64,000 bases of DNA from Bacteroidales bacterium (lineage in GTDB: Bacteria; Bacteroidota; Bacteroidia; Bacteroidales; FEN-979), in the NCBI GenBank assembly GCA_963662525.1, contig OY759717.1, positions 1,059,074 to 1,123,073 on the forward strand. The letters are read 5' to 3'. The notes beneath the pieces are model-generated. The model was not told the DNA's origin and made no database searches. It was given only the letters and a program-made list of their open reading frames with translations. This document shows, one piece after another, positions 55,901-64,000 of this stretch (the first letter of the stretch is position 1; every line of letters starts with the position of its first letter). The position numbers were made by a program, and so were the translations under genes.

Positions 55901-56281
55901 AGCATCCTCCAGGCACTGAACAGCACTCCCGCGGCTTCCGCCGAACGGGTACAAAAAGCCATGAATATTCATAATCAACTGAGCGATATTCTCAATACCA
56001 GGTTCAACCGCAGGACAAACAAGCCCAGCGAGGAAGAGAATCCCCCTGCCCCGGTTCCTCTCAATACAAGATTGAGCAAACTTACCTGGATAACATGGAT
56101 GTCAACCGGTGCCCCTACCCAGGGACAACAGGATGCCTTTGCCATACTGGAAGAAGAGTTTCCTCCTGTTTACGAGACCATCAAAAAAATCGGTAACAGC
56201 GATCTTCCTGAGCTTGAAAAATCTCTGGAACAGTTTCAGGCTCCTGTCACTCCGGGCAGACTTCCTGACTGGAAACATTAG
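52985..56281 (+). CDS. secreted BNR/Asp-box repeat protein (sortilin/VPS10-like double propeller)
   Basis: 1098 aa with a signal peptide. It has at least 9 S.D.G.TW Asp-boxes, for example STDGGQSW, TTDGGKTW, SVDAGENW, TEDGGKTW, SDDRGNTW and STDKGQTW. Confidence 0.8.
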   Translation: MKKLSVILCSVILIIGMTTPVIAQKEQGKSREKDKPKEDSVYNSALVSGLKFRSIGPAFCSGRIADFAVNPKNHSEWYVGVASGHIWKTINNGTTFTPVFDNYGAYSVGSVVIDPNNTAVIWAGTGENNHQRSLGYGDGVYKSTDGGQSWVNMGLKESRQIGKIVIDPRNSNVVYVAAEGSVWGPGGERGLYKTTDGGKTWKKILNISQHTGINNVLMDPRNPDVLYASSEQRRRHVFTKIGGGPETAIYKSVDAGENWEKLSSGLPGGDMGGIGMAISPVDPDVIYAIIESAPEASGFYRSINRGASWEKMSNHVAQGQYYNEIYCDPKNVDQVYSVETVSQFTEDGGKTWKQLGNNKRHVDDHALWIDPDDTRHFFIGSDGGAYETFDGGKEFIFKSNLPVTQFYRVQVDNSTPFYYVYGGTQDNSSIGGPSRNTSSSGVLSDEWFVTNGGDGFWSQIDPLDPNIVYAESQYGGMVRYDRKSQEAVDIRPEPGKGENSYQWNWNTPLLISPHSHTRLYCAANKVFRSDDRGNTWQVISDDLTAKLDRNKWPVMDKYWSIDAVQKDVSTSLYGTIISFDESPLKENLLYAGTDDGWIQVTEDAGKNWRKTEKFPGIPENTYVSDILASRFNENVVFASFDNILRDDFKPYLLKSTDKGQTWISISGNLPDGTVHSILQDNINPDLLFAGTEFGCFFTIDGGKNWIQLKSGLPTISVRDMALQTRENDLVLATFGRGFYILDDYSSLRQVKQETMDKDAFIFPVKDALIYLPNDMKYGQGSMPYLAKNPDFGAIFTYYLNKVPKTLKEKRKAKEEALFKKGEPIPQPTEAELRTEKNELSPYLTFTVSDASGNPVRTIRKNALKGINRLAWDLRYQSTRAIEAGETYDPLADNGSGVLAMPGRYSVSISLTTAGETRHLSGPVAFNAVVLNNVSLPATDRSAMTSFHQKVAEITRVIQGTEAYAEWLLKRDNSILQALNSTPAASAERVQKAMNIHNQLSDILNTRFNRRTNKPSEEENPPAPVPLNTRLSKLTWITWMSTGAPTQGQQDAFAILEEEFPPVYETIKKIGNSDLPELEKSLEQFQAPVTPGRLPDWKH

Positions 56282-56284
56282 AAA

Positions 56285-57601
56285 ATGGCGAAAAGATCGA
56301 TTTTTCAGGATATTCTCAGTATTCTGGGAAGCAATATCACAGTTACATTCAGCAACCTCATCATCGGGGTTCTGCTTTCGAGAATTCTGGGTGCGGCCGG
56401 CTATGGAATGTACTCTTCCATTATCGTGGTACCCATCATAGTGATCGGATTTACCCAGCTTGGAATACGGAGATCGGCCATCTATCATATCGGGCATAAA
56501 ATCCTTCCGGAAAGCAATATCGTTTCAGCGCTTTTTATCCTCTTGCTTTGGACCAGCGCCCTGAGCATCATCATTTGCGGACTGGTATATTTTTTTTCGG
56601 AATCTGCCCCTTTTGATCCCCTGATCATCGTGCTGGTCATGCTGACCATTCCCCTGCTTCTGCTTAATATTTTCGCAGGTGGGGTATTCCTGGGGAAGGA
56701 TGAAATCAAGCGGGCCAGCATCATCAACGCCGGTCCAAGCCTGCTGACCCTGATTCTCACCATTGTATTTGTATGGATTTTAAAATTGTCCGTTCTCGGC
56801 TCCTTCATCGCCATCGCTGCAGCCAACGGAATCATGTTCATTTTTGTTTACCGGATCTTTGTCAGGGATTATGCCAACAGGATTACCTGGAAGTACCATG
56901 AACCCATCATGAAAAGCATGATCAAACTCGGACTGGTAAATGCCATTGCTATTTTTATCATGCAACTGAATTACCGGCTGGACATCCTTATGCTGAAAAA
57001 ATTGTCCAACCTTGAAGAGGTCGGCTTCTACTCCCTTGCGACCCAGATTGCTGAGCAATTATGGTACATTCCTTATGCGATTGAGACCATCATTCTGAGT
57101 CGCAGCGCCAACAGGGAAGAGGATCAGTTCATGGACAGAACGGTTGCTTCCATTTTCAGAATTTCATTGATGATAGGACTGTTGGGCAGCATTCTTATAT
57201 TTTTCATTACTCCGGTAATGGTTCCGCTCATATTCGGGAAAGAGTACATCTCCAGTGTCCCCATGATTCAGACTATTTTACCGGGTATTCTGATCCTGAT
57301 AGGTTTCAGGATCCTGAATAGCAGGCTGACCGGATTAGGAAAACCCCAGATCGCCATTTTTGCTTTTATTCCGGCCCTGGTCATTAATTTCGTCCTGAAT
57401 ATTCTGCTTATTCCCCGCTATGGAGGGATTGGCTCTGCGTGGGCGACAAATGTCAGTTATGCCCTGGGTTCCATAATTTTTGTCGTGGCTTATTCCAGAT
57501 TACTGAAAATGCCCGTTTCCAACATTTTACGATTCCGGAAAAGTGATTTTTATTTCTTCCGTGATGTCAAGAAATTATGGTCATCACGATATAAGGGATA
57601 A
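56285..57601 (+). CDS. polysaccharide flippase (Wzx-like, MOP superfamily)
   Basis: 438 aa and polytopic (about 12-14 TM segments), with a typical N-terminus ..ILGSNITVTFSNLIIGVLLSRILG. Confidence 0.75.
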   Translation: MAKRSIFQDILSILGSNITVTFSNLIIGVLLSRILGAAGYGMYSSIIVVPIIVIGFTQLGIRRSAIYHIGHKILPESNIVSALFILLLWTSALSIIICGLVYFFSESAPFDPLIIVLVMLTIPLLLLNIFAGGVFLGKDEIKRASIINAGPSLLTLILTIVFVWILKLSVLGSFIAIAAANGIMFIFVYRIFVRDYANRITWKYHEPIMKSMIKLGLVNAIAIFIMQLNYRLDILMLKKLSNLEEVGFYSLATQIAEQLWYIPYAIETIILSRSANREEDQFMDRTVASIFRISLMIGLLGSILIFFITPVMVPLIFGKEYISSVPMIQTILPGILILIGFRILNSRLTGLGKPQIAIFAFIPALVINFVLNILLIPRYGGIGSAWATNVSYALGSIIFVVAYSRLLKMPVSNILRFRKSDFYFFRDVKKLWSSRYKG

Positions 57602-58631
57602 GGATAAAAAAAACGGTCGCGAGAATTTTAAGCCTGGCATCTATTTCAATGGTCAGACTTCTGGGGTCCGTTTGAAATAATATAAAAATAAAATATACCA
57701 GAATCATACAGAATCCCAGGGATGCAGTAAACACTGACCTTTCTGCATTCGGAAGTAAGGCTGGAAAGAATATATTGGCATATAAAAAGATACTGGACAG
57801 GAAATACAAAATGGCAAAAGAAAGAAAATGTTTTTCTTTGTAATGCCTGAATGCAAAAAAGAGCAAACCGGTATAAATCAGGAATGAAAGGAAGGCCAGT
57901 ATGCCAGAAGAATAGTTCATCAGAATAGCATCCTGGCTGTAATTCGCAAGATGGTTTGGGAAGATCAGAATCCTGAGGTAAAACAACAGGAACATCAGAC
58001 CGGTTTTCAGGCCAAAGCTGGGTTTAACCTCCGGAAAAAAAGATGGAAACAAACTCATATTCAGGGATAAAAATGCCGGCTCCAGCAATCTTTGGCTGAA
58101 CCGGGCAATCAAGGCCAGGGCTACCATGGCCGCAATCAATGGGAAACAATGACGAAATGAAAAGTCAGTAAAGAAAAAAAGAGCCAGGGGATAAATCAGG
58201 AGAAAGGGTAACATGGCCGGTGTAATCAGGCATCCTGTAAAAAAGATCAGCAGGGTCAGTACCAGAAATCTCATATTCCTTTTTTCAGCGTAATGCAGCA
58301 GAAACCATAAAGCAGCCAGCCCGCAGATAAATGCGATCATTTCCGGGCGACCTTCCTTGCTGGTCACCACGCCGGTATGCACCGGATGTGCCATAAATAA
58401 AAGGGTGATCAGGAAGGGGAAAAGAATGTTGAACCTTTGCAGCATTTGCTTCATAACAAAGAACAGAAGCAGGCAAAGGATGGTGTAAATCATCATATTC
58501 ACCGCATTATGAAAAACCACCGCTTTGCCATATAAGATGATGCCAAAAAAAAGAAAGAAAAGAATCAGGTACTTGTTGGCCTTCCAGGAATTCCATGGCC
58601 GGATGGTGGGTTGTGGCAGATCCTTCTTCAT
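57567..58631 (-). CDS. polytopic membrane protein, GT-C fold TMTC/PMT_2-like (DUF1736-type motif)
   Basis: About 10 TM segments. The motif [23 protein letters not shown] resembles the conserved ..FA.HP.HTE.V..I.GR.E.. loop of TPR-fused GT-C glycosyltransferases. This is recall-based. Confidence 0.5.
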   Translation of the reverse strand: MKKDLPQPTIRPWNSWKANKYLILFFLFFGIILYGKAVVFHNAVNMMIYTILCLLLFFVMKQMLQRFNILFPFLITLLFMAHPVHTGVVTSKEGRPEMIAFICGLAALWFLLHYAEKRNMRFLVLTLLIFFTGCLITPAMLPFLLIYPLALFFFTDFSFRHCFPLIAAMVALALIARFSQRLLEPAFLSLNMSLFPSFFPEVKPSFGLKTGLMFLLFYLRILIFPNHLANYSQDAILMNYSSGILAFLSFLIYTGLLFFAFRHYKEKHFLSFAILYFLSSIFLYANIFFPALLPNAERSVFTASLGFCMILVYFIFILFQTDPRSLTIEIDARLKILATVFFILIPYIVMTIIS

Positions 58632-59461
58632 GCTTCCGGATAGATAGCCTTTGTGAGACGAATAAAATCATCGACCCCGAGTTGCTCGGGACGCAATGAA
58701 AACAAATCAGAAAGCGATTCAACACCTGCAGCATTTATGGAACCTGTCAGGGATCGGAGCGAATTTCTCAGGGTTTTCCGGCGCTGGTTAAAAGCAGTTT
58801 TTACAACCCTGAAATAGACTTCCTCATTGCAATCAAGTTTCAGAGTTTTATTCCGCCTGAGCCTGATGACGGCCGATTTAACGCGGGGAGGCGGATAAAA
58901 CACCGTTTCGTTAACCGTAAACAGATAATCAATATCATAAAATGCCTGAAGTAAAACGCTTAATATCCCATATGTTTTATTCCCCGGGGGGGATGCAATC
59001 CGTTCCGCCACTTCCTTCTGAAACATTCCAATGACTTCCGGAATACGATCGCGGTTTTCCAGTACACGAAAAAGGATCTGGGTAGAAATGTTGTAAGGGA
59101 AGTTGCCGATGATGGTAAAAGGAGGGCTGATAGCGGATGACGCATGACTCCTGCCTGACGGACAGGCAGGGATGACGGATGGGGGAAACCCGGAGAGATC
59201 AGATGTTAAGAAATCTGCTTCGATGAGGCGGTCGGATATCTGAGGATAGGTTTCATTGAGGTAAACGACGGATTCATGATCGACTTCCATGAAATAGGGG
59301 TCCAACACTTGATGATCAAGCAAATATTTGGACAGGACACCCGTACCGGGACCAATCTCCAATACCAGGGGATAATCCAGATTCAGAAATCCGGTAATTT
59401 TCCTGGCGATGTTTTCATCCCTGAGAAAATGTTGTCCGAGCCGTTTTTTTGGTGTAACCAT
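58628..59461 (-). CDS. rsmA: 16S rRNA (adenine1518/1519-N6)-dimethyltransferase
   Basis: Motifs include [19 protein letters not shown] and [11 protein letters not shown]. It contains an apparent ~16-18 aa insertion before the NFPY motif. Confidence 0.85.
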   Translation of the reverse strand: MVTPKKRLGQHFLRDENIARKITGFLNLDYPLVLEIGPGTGVLSKYLLDHQVLDPYFMEVDHESVVYLNETYPQISDRLIEADFLTSDLSGFPPSVIPACPSGRSHASSAISPPFTIIGNFPYNISTQILFRVLENRDRIPEVIGMFQKEVAERIASPPGNKTYGILSVLLQAFYDIDYLFTVNETVFYPPPRVKSAVIRLRRNKTLKLDCNEEVYFRVVKTAFNQRRKTLRNSLRSLTGSINAAGVESLSDLFSLRPEQLGVDDFIRLTKAIYPEA

Positions 59462-59465
59462 AGGT

Positions 59466-61367
59466 TTAATTTAAATGGTCGCCCCTGAGTTCCCGAAATC
59501 GTTTCCGGGCGGCTGGAATAAAAATGCTTCCCGGGTACTTTTCAAGCAATTCCTGGTAAAGCTGTTTTGCCTTTTCCTGGTCTCCTTCTGTCCGGTCATT
59601 CAAATCAGCTCTTTCCATCAATGCTTTATCGGCGAGAATTCCATCCGGGTAGAGGGTTACAAGTTGTGACAATAAACTATCAGCATCCTTGAATTTTCTT
59701 TGTTTAAGCTTAATTGCTGCTTTTTTATATAATACTTCATCCAGGATGGGATGATCCCCGAATAAGGTCTGAATCGAATCCAATGACTGCATGGCCCTAT
59801 CCTCATCATTCCTGAAATCCAGTAATTCGGCCCGGGCATACATCTCCAGGGCTACGGTATTGCTGTCGGGATCATAATTTTCGGTGATCAGCAGGGAAAG
59901 TGCCATGGCATCATTGGCAATCAGCTTTGAGGTAGCCGCTTTAAGAATATCAAGTTGTGCCCCGGCCCATTTAAATTCGCCGATATAAAAAGAAAGCCGG
60001 GCATTTTTAAACTTGGCGGTCTGACCCATTGCATCATTTTTAAAATCCTGGTAAACCTGCTGATAAAGCAGGGTTGCTTCCCATATATTTCCCTTGAAAA
60101 GAAGAATATCGCCGAGTTCCATTTTAATATCAGCGAGATTTTCCGGCCGGATCCCGTTCATTTCAACCACCTCTTCAAGCAATATAATCGCAGAATCTGC
60201 TTTCCCCAGATAAAAAGCCTCTAAATGAGCCAGGTTACGCATCAGGGAAATGCTCGTTTCACCCGGATCGTTTTTTTGCATTACCCCTTTAAATTCCTTT
60301 TCCAGATCATCGAGTTGTTTCCGGGGTGGATCAAACTGAGAAGTAATCAACAGGTAGCGGGTATTGATCAGTTCAAGCTGGCTGGCCTCATAATAATCGC
60401 CACTCACACCTTTAGCAATCAAGTACTGATATGCTTCAACAGCCGCCTGGTAAAACTCATTCGATGCAGCCAGCCTGGCTAATTGCCATACCCTTTCTCC
60501 GTTTTCCCTATTCCTTCGGTCCAGTGCTTTCACCTGAATTAAAGCAAGTTTAAAATCCTTCTGCTGGACAGAATACCACCAAAGCAATTCAGCATAGCAG
60601 GTTTTTTCCGGTTCTTTCTGCGCCATGATGAGCAAAGATTTCCTGAGAGATTCGCTCCAAATGTGATCCGGATCATTGGCCAGCATGTTTTGGAACCTGT
60701 CCTGAACCACATTCATGTATGCAGGATTTGATTCGAGGAGATCAAGATAAGCGTTAATCGCCTTCAGGTAGTCTCCCATCCGTTCATAAATAGCGGCGAT
60801 TTCGTATGAAAAAGGATACCCCTGATTCATTAGTTGCTTACCTTTTTCATAGGTCCTGAGGGCATATTCATTTTCACCCCTGCTCAGGAAAGCATTGGCC
60901 ATTTCATTGATCTGTCCCTGGTCTGCCGGCAGCTTCTTCAATGCTTCCTCATAATGTTTCCGGGCTTTTTCTTCATTTCCTTCCCTGAAATATAGATAGC
61001 CAATATCAACCAGGTACTTCAATGATCGGGGATCATCTTTCATCTGCTTTTTTGCCAGTTTCTCTGCTTTTTTAAAATCCCTGATCTCTACCAGGCAATA
61101 AAACAGGTTGTTATAAAAATAATGTCCCGTTTTTGTCTCCATTAACCGCTCGTAGATGGCTGCGGCCTGTTCGAAATCACGGTTCTGAAGGAACTGCATG
61201 GCCAGCTTTTCTTCATCGCCGGGTTTTGGGGCATCCTGCTGAAAGGGAAGCTGGGAAGGAGTAATAGGAGGATGATCCTGGCCAAAGGAATGAGGAATGA
61301 GGAATGAGGAATGAAGAATTATAAGAAAACCGGAAAAAAGGATGGTTATTAAGCGTCTCGGTTTCAT
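59466..61367 (-). CDS. secreted tetratricopeptide-repeat protein
   Basis: 633 aa with a signal peptide and many TPR-like A..Y..A...P helices. Confidence 0.75.
   Translation of the reverse strand: MKPRRLITILFSGFLIILHSSFLIPHSFGQDHPPITPSQLPFQQDAPKPGDEEKLAMQFLQNRDFEQAAAIYERLMETKTGHYFYNNLFYCLVEIRDFKKAEKLAKKQMKDDPRSLKYLVDIGYLYFREGNEEKARKHYEEALKKLPADQGQINEMANAFLSRGENEYALRTYEKGKQLMNQGYPFSYEIAAIYERMGDYLKAINAYLDLLESNPAYMNVVQDRFQNMLANDPDHIWSESLRKSLLIMAQKEPEKTCYAELLWWYSVQQKDFKLALIQVKALDRRNRENGERVWQLARLAASNEFYQAAVEAYQYLIAKGVSGDYYEASQLELINTRYLLITSQFDPPRKQLDDLEKEFKGVMQKNDPGETSISLMRNLAHLEAFYLGKADSAIILLEEVVEMNGIRPENLADIKMELGDILLFKGNIWEATLLYQQVYQDFKNDAMGQTAKFKNARLSFYIGEFKWAGAQLDILKAATSKLIANDAMALSLLITENYDPDSNTVALEMYARAELLDFRNDEDRAMQSLDSIQTLFGDHPILDEVLYKKAAIKLKQRKFKDADSLLSQLVTLYPDGILADKALMERADLNDRTEGDQEKAKQLYQELLEKYPGSIFIPAARKRFRELRGDHLN
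61285..61319 (+). repeat. heptamer tandem AAGGAAT GAGGAAT GAGGAAT GAGGAAT GAAGAAT
   Basis: Read directly. It lies inside the TPR gene at about codons 17-28 and encodes ..[14 protein letters not shown].. of the signal peptide. Confidence 0.9.
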
Positions 61368-62575
61368 TATTTTTTCAGAAGGTTGATGGAAAACCAGGCC
61401 ATCAGGCCAATACCTGTTTCAAGGCTGGATTCGTCGACATCGAAAGTGGAAGAATGCAGATTAGACGAAATTCCCCTGGCAGCATTTGCAGTTCCCAAAC
61501 GGTAGAGGCAGGAAGGCACCCGGCCGGCAAAATAAGCAAAGTCTTCCGCAGTCATTCTTTTTTCAAGAGTCTTGACATGACCGGCACCCAGGTACGAAAC
61601 GGCCAGGTCCTGAAGGGAAGAGGTAAGTACAAGATCATTATGGAGATAAGGATAACCATGAGAAATTCTCACCCCGCAATGTCCGCCCATACCTTCGGCC
61701 AGTGCAGTTGAAATCTTTTCAATCTGGCGGTGGATCTCCCTTCTCCATGTTTCATCATAAGTGCGAATGGTTCCATCAATCGTCACCTCATCCGGAATGA
61801 TGTTTGTGCGGCCTTCTCCCAGGATCCGGCCAAAAGAAACCACGGTAGGTATGACAGGGTCGGAAAGCCGGCTGACGATCTGCTGAATCGCAACAATGAT
61901 ATGCGAAGCGATCAGGATTGGATCCACATTAAGGTTAGGTGTTGCGGCATGTCCGCCCTTCCCTTTCACGGTCAGGAATACCTCATCGGTGGAAGCCATG
62001 TAAGGTCCTGCCTTCAAACCAATATCACCGGCCTCCAGGGTGTTGATCACATGTTGTGCGATGACGAATTCAGGTTTTGGATTTTCAAGAACACCCGCAT
62101 TGATCATGGCAATGGCCCCACCCGGATATGTTTCTTCAGAGGGCTGAAAGATGAGTTTCACTGTTCCCCGGAACTGGTTGCGAAGCTCATTGAGAATCTT
62201 GGCTGCACCCAGTAAACAAGCCATATGAACATCATGGCCGCAGGCATGCATTTTCCCGGGAACCTTTGAAATATAATCGGTGTCGTTGGTTTCCTGAACA
62301 GGGAGGGCATCCATATCGGCCCTCAGTGCCATGCAGCGGGAATCAGGATCATTTCCTTTTATCAGGCCGACAACGCCGGTTTTAGCTATTCCTTTCAAGT
62401 AAGGAATCCCATACTCATCAAGCTTCCGGCAAATGAAATCCGAAGTTTCCACCTCTTCATTGGAAAGTTCAGGATACTGATGAAAATGGCGGCGAAGGCT
62501 GACAACTTCAGTCTGAAGCAAAGATGCCAATAGTTTTATTTCGGTTTTTATTTGTTCCATTGGAATGGTATCCAT
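61367..62575 (-). CDS. M20D-family amidohydrolase (N-acyl-amino-acid amidohydrolase/hippuricase-like)
   Basis: Motifs include RADMDALP, MHACGHDVH and FQPSEE. Confidence 0.8.
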   Translation of the reverse strand: MDTIPMEQIKTEIKLLASLLQTEVVSLRRHFHQYPELSNEEVETSDFICRKLDEYGIPYLKGIAKTGVVGLIKGNDPDSRCMALRADMDALPVQETNDTDYISKVPGKMHACGHDVHMACLLGAAKILNELRNQFRGTVKLIFQPSEETYPGGAIAMINAGVLENPKPEFVIAQHVINTLEAGDIGLKAGPYMASTDEVFLTVKGKGGHAATPNLNVDPILIASHIIVAIQQIVSRLSDPVIPTVVSFGRILGEGRTNIIPDEVTIDGTIRTYDETWRREIHRQIEKISTALAEGMGGHCGVRISHGYPYLHNDLVLTSSLQDLAVSYLGAGHVKTLEKRMTAEDFAYFAGRVPSCLYRLGTANAARGISSNLHSSTFDVDESSLETGIGLMAWFSINLLKK

Positions 62576-64000
62576 TAATTAACGATCAGTTTGCCTGTGC
62601 CAATACCTGTATTGCTTTGCAGGTGCAGGATATAGATTCCTGCTTTGAGTGAGGAAATATCCAGATCAAAGTTGTTGCTGAGTAATCCATTGGAGAAGTT
62701 CCTGCGCATGACAATGCGGCCGGAAATTTCAAATATTTCGAGATTCACACTGCTCAATTCCCGGTTCATCTTGATGGTAATTTTATCCCGGGCAGGATTC
62801 GGATAGATTTTAAATTTCAGCGCTGTTCCCGGGTCATCAATTCCCTGGCATTGATTTACCCGGATATATTCTTCCTTCAGTAAATCCATGGTTTGATTTC
62901 CATTGGAAACACTCAGTTTCACGTCGTATAAGCCCGGATCCTGATAGGTAACCACCGGGTTTTTTTCGTCAGATACAGATGGGTTCCCTCCCGGGAATTC
63001 CCAATGCCAGGATATAATACCATCATAAGAATCATCGATAAAAGCAAGGGGATTCTGCACACAGATACTGGTTTTTCCGGCATGAAAATAAGGATAAAGA
63101 CCGGAAGTATTCAGGCCGAAGAAATCAAGGTATCGCTGCATCAGTTTTGTCGTTTGAAACGGATATATACTATCCTTCAGAGCGCCGAACTCAAGCATGG
63201 TACCGATCGTTTTATAAACCTCCCCGTCGTATGCAATTTCCAGGGGATGCGGGGGTTCTGCAGCATCCATAAGGGTAGCGAAACCCTGATCAAGGGGCTG
63301 AAAGCTGAAGATTGCATAGCACAGCTTATTCGTATAGGCAAATAAGAGAGAGTCGCCAAGGGTTTGAGGCAATCCGGCAGCCGAATAATAATAATAAATG
63401 GGAACCCTGGCGCTGGTATATTTAAACATGGGTTGTACCGGAGAATTATTTGCGTAATACCAGCAGGTATATCCTTCCATGTAAATTCGACCTCCGTTGT
63501 TCAGGTATTCTGTAAGTGCCATTCCTTCTTCCCCGGTAATGGTATGAGAACCCTGGTTGGAAGCCCCCAGCAACACAAAAAGGATGGAATAATCCGAGAG
63601 GTTTACAGGCAGGGAGGTAAAAACCTCATAGGGAATCCTGAGACTGTCAAGAATCACGGCCATGGAGTCAGCCGAAGAGGTTTCTGATGAAAGTTTCACG
63701 ATCGCGATGGGTTTCTTTCCGACAGGAAGCTCAAAGGAATATTCACAATTAATTTCTTCCTGATTACCAAAACTAAACTGCAGGCGGATCTTACTCCCGG
63801 GAGAAATAAATCGGGAGGCCTTCAGTTGGTATTTCACTGTTATCTCCGACATGGCTGCAAGTTTCTCAAAAGTGACCACGGTATCGGAGATAATCTTCAA
63901 TGAAGTATCCTGACAAAAAAGCAGGGCTGATACGTTTTCAGCCGGAATTGATCCGCCATTCCTCAGCGGTATTAAAAGGTCGGCCACTTCTCCCGGTTGC
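62575..64000 (-). CDS. T9SS-secreted protein with PKD-like domain; N-terminus beyond the right window edge
   Basis: The frame is open upstream of the listed GTG to nt 63999. It has a PKD-like segment (WEFPGGNPSVSDEKNPVVTYQDPGLYDVKLSVSNG) and the sorting domain IYPNPARDKITIK..GIYILHLQ. Confidence 0.75.
   Translation of the reverse strand, partial: QPGEVADLLIPLRNGGSIPAENVSALLFCQDTSLKIISDTVVTFEKLAAMSEITVKYQLKASRFISPGSKIRLQFSFGNQEEINCEYSFELPVGKKPIAIVKLSSETSSADSMAVILDSLRIPYEVFTSLPVNLSDYSILFVLLGASNQGSHTITGEEGMALTEYLNNGGRIYMEGYTCWYYANNSPVQPMFKYTSARVPIYYYYSAAGLPQTLGDSLLFAYTNKLCYAIFSFQPLDQGFATLMDAAEPPHPLEIAYDGEVYKTIGTMLEFGALKDSIYPFQTTKLMQRYLDFFGLNTSGLYPYFHAGKTSICVQNPLAFIDDSYDGIISWHWEFPGGNPSVSDEKNPVVTYQDPGLYDVKLSVSNGNQTMDLLKEEYIRVNQCQGIDDPGTALKFKIYPNPARDKITIKMNRELSSVNLEIFEISGRIVMRRNFSNGLLSNNFDLDISSLKAGIYILHLQSNTGIGTGKLIVN

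Noticed and set aside
61730-62215. 161-aa plus-strand ORF
   Set aside because: It is antisense to the M20 amidohydrolase. It is a shadow ORF.

Overview
This 64-kb chromosomal segment reads as Bacteroidota. Six proteins end in type-A T9SS C-terminal sorting domains, there is a SusC-like TonB-dependent receptor, TAnnTTTG -7 promoter boxes are present, and no Shine-Dalgarno signals are visible. I count about 54 densely packed protein-coding genes. All functional calls rest on motif recognition by eye; no searches were run.

The left ~6 kb is a mosaic accessory patch. It holds a phage- or satellite-like regulation/replication module (divergent HTH pair, LuxR-type regulator, unassignable small ORFs, and a zinc-ribbon DnaG-like primase running off the left edge). 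It also holds a serine-recombinase C-terminal remnant, a T9SS seven-repeat propeller protein, a 3-prime half of a tRNA-Met-like gene, and a frameshifted IS5-type transposase remnant.

The rest is mostly housekeeping: hybrid CHASE3 histidine kinase, rlmI, pyrC-like, mfd, fbp, lysC, pfk, rfbA, polyprenyl synthase, ABC-F, rplU-rpmA, serS, mtnA and rsmA. These are interleaved with secreted or outer-membrane genes:
- a cluster of a PLD-type two-HKD protein, a TonB receptor and a lamin-tail-domain protein;
- two paralogous giant T9SS proteins of about 1860 and 1322 aa flanking a lipocalin-like lipoprotein gene.

I found no rRNA, no intact tRNA, no CRISPR, and no known defence system. The most unusual signals are listed below:
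1. A dispersed family of 7-8 nt tandem arrays (CTCACCAN, GAGGAAT, AATCGTC, GAAATAGC) sits at gene termini. They sometimes lie inside reading frames (mfd N-terminus, a signal peptide) or donate the stop codon.
2. The secreted PLD / TonB receptor / LTD cluster is a possible extracellular nucleic-acid or phosphodiester scavenging locus.
3. The left-edge mobile module has several ORFs of unknown function.
4. Structured DNA lies between rpmA and serS: a 13-bp inverted repeat pair, a perfect C4/G4 tract and a GC hairpin.
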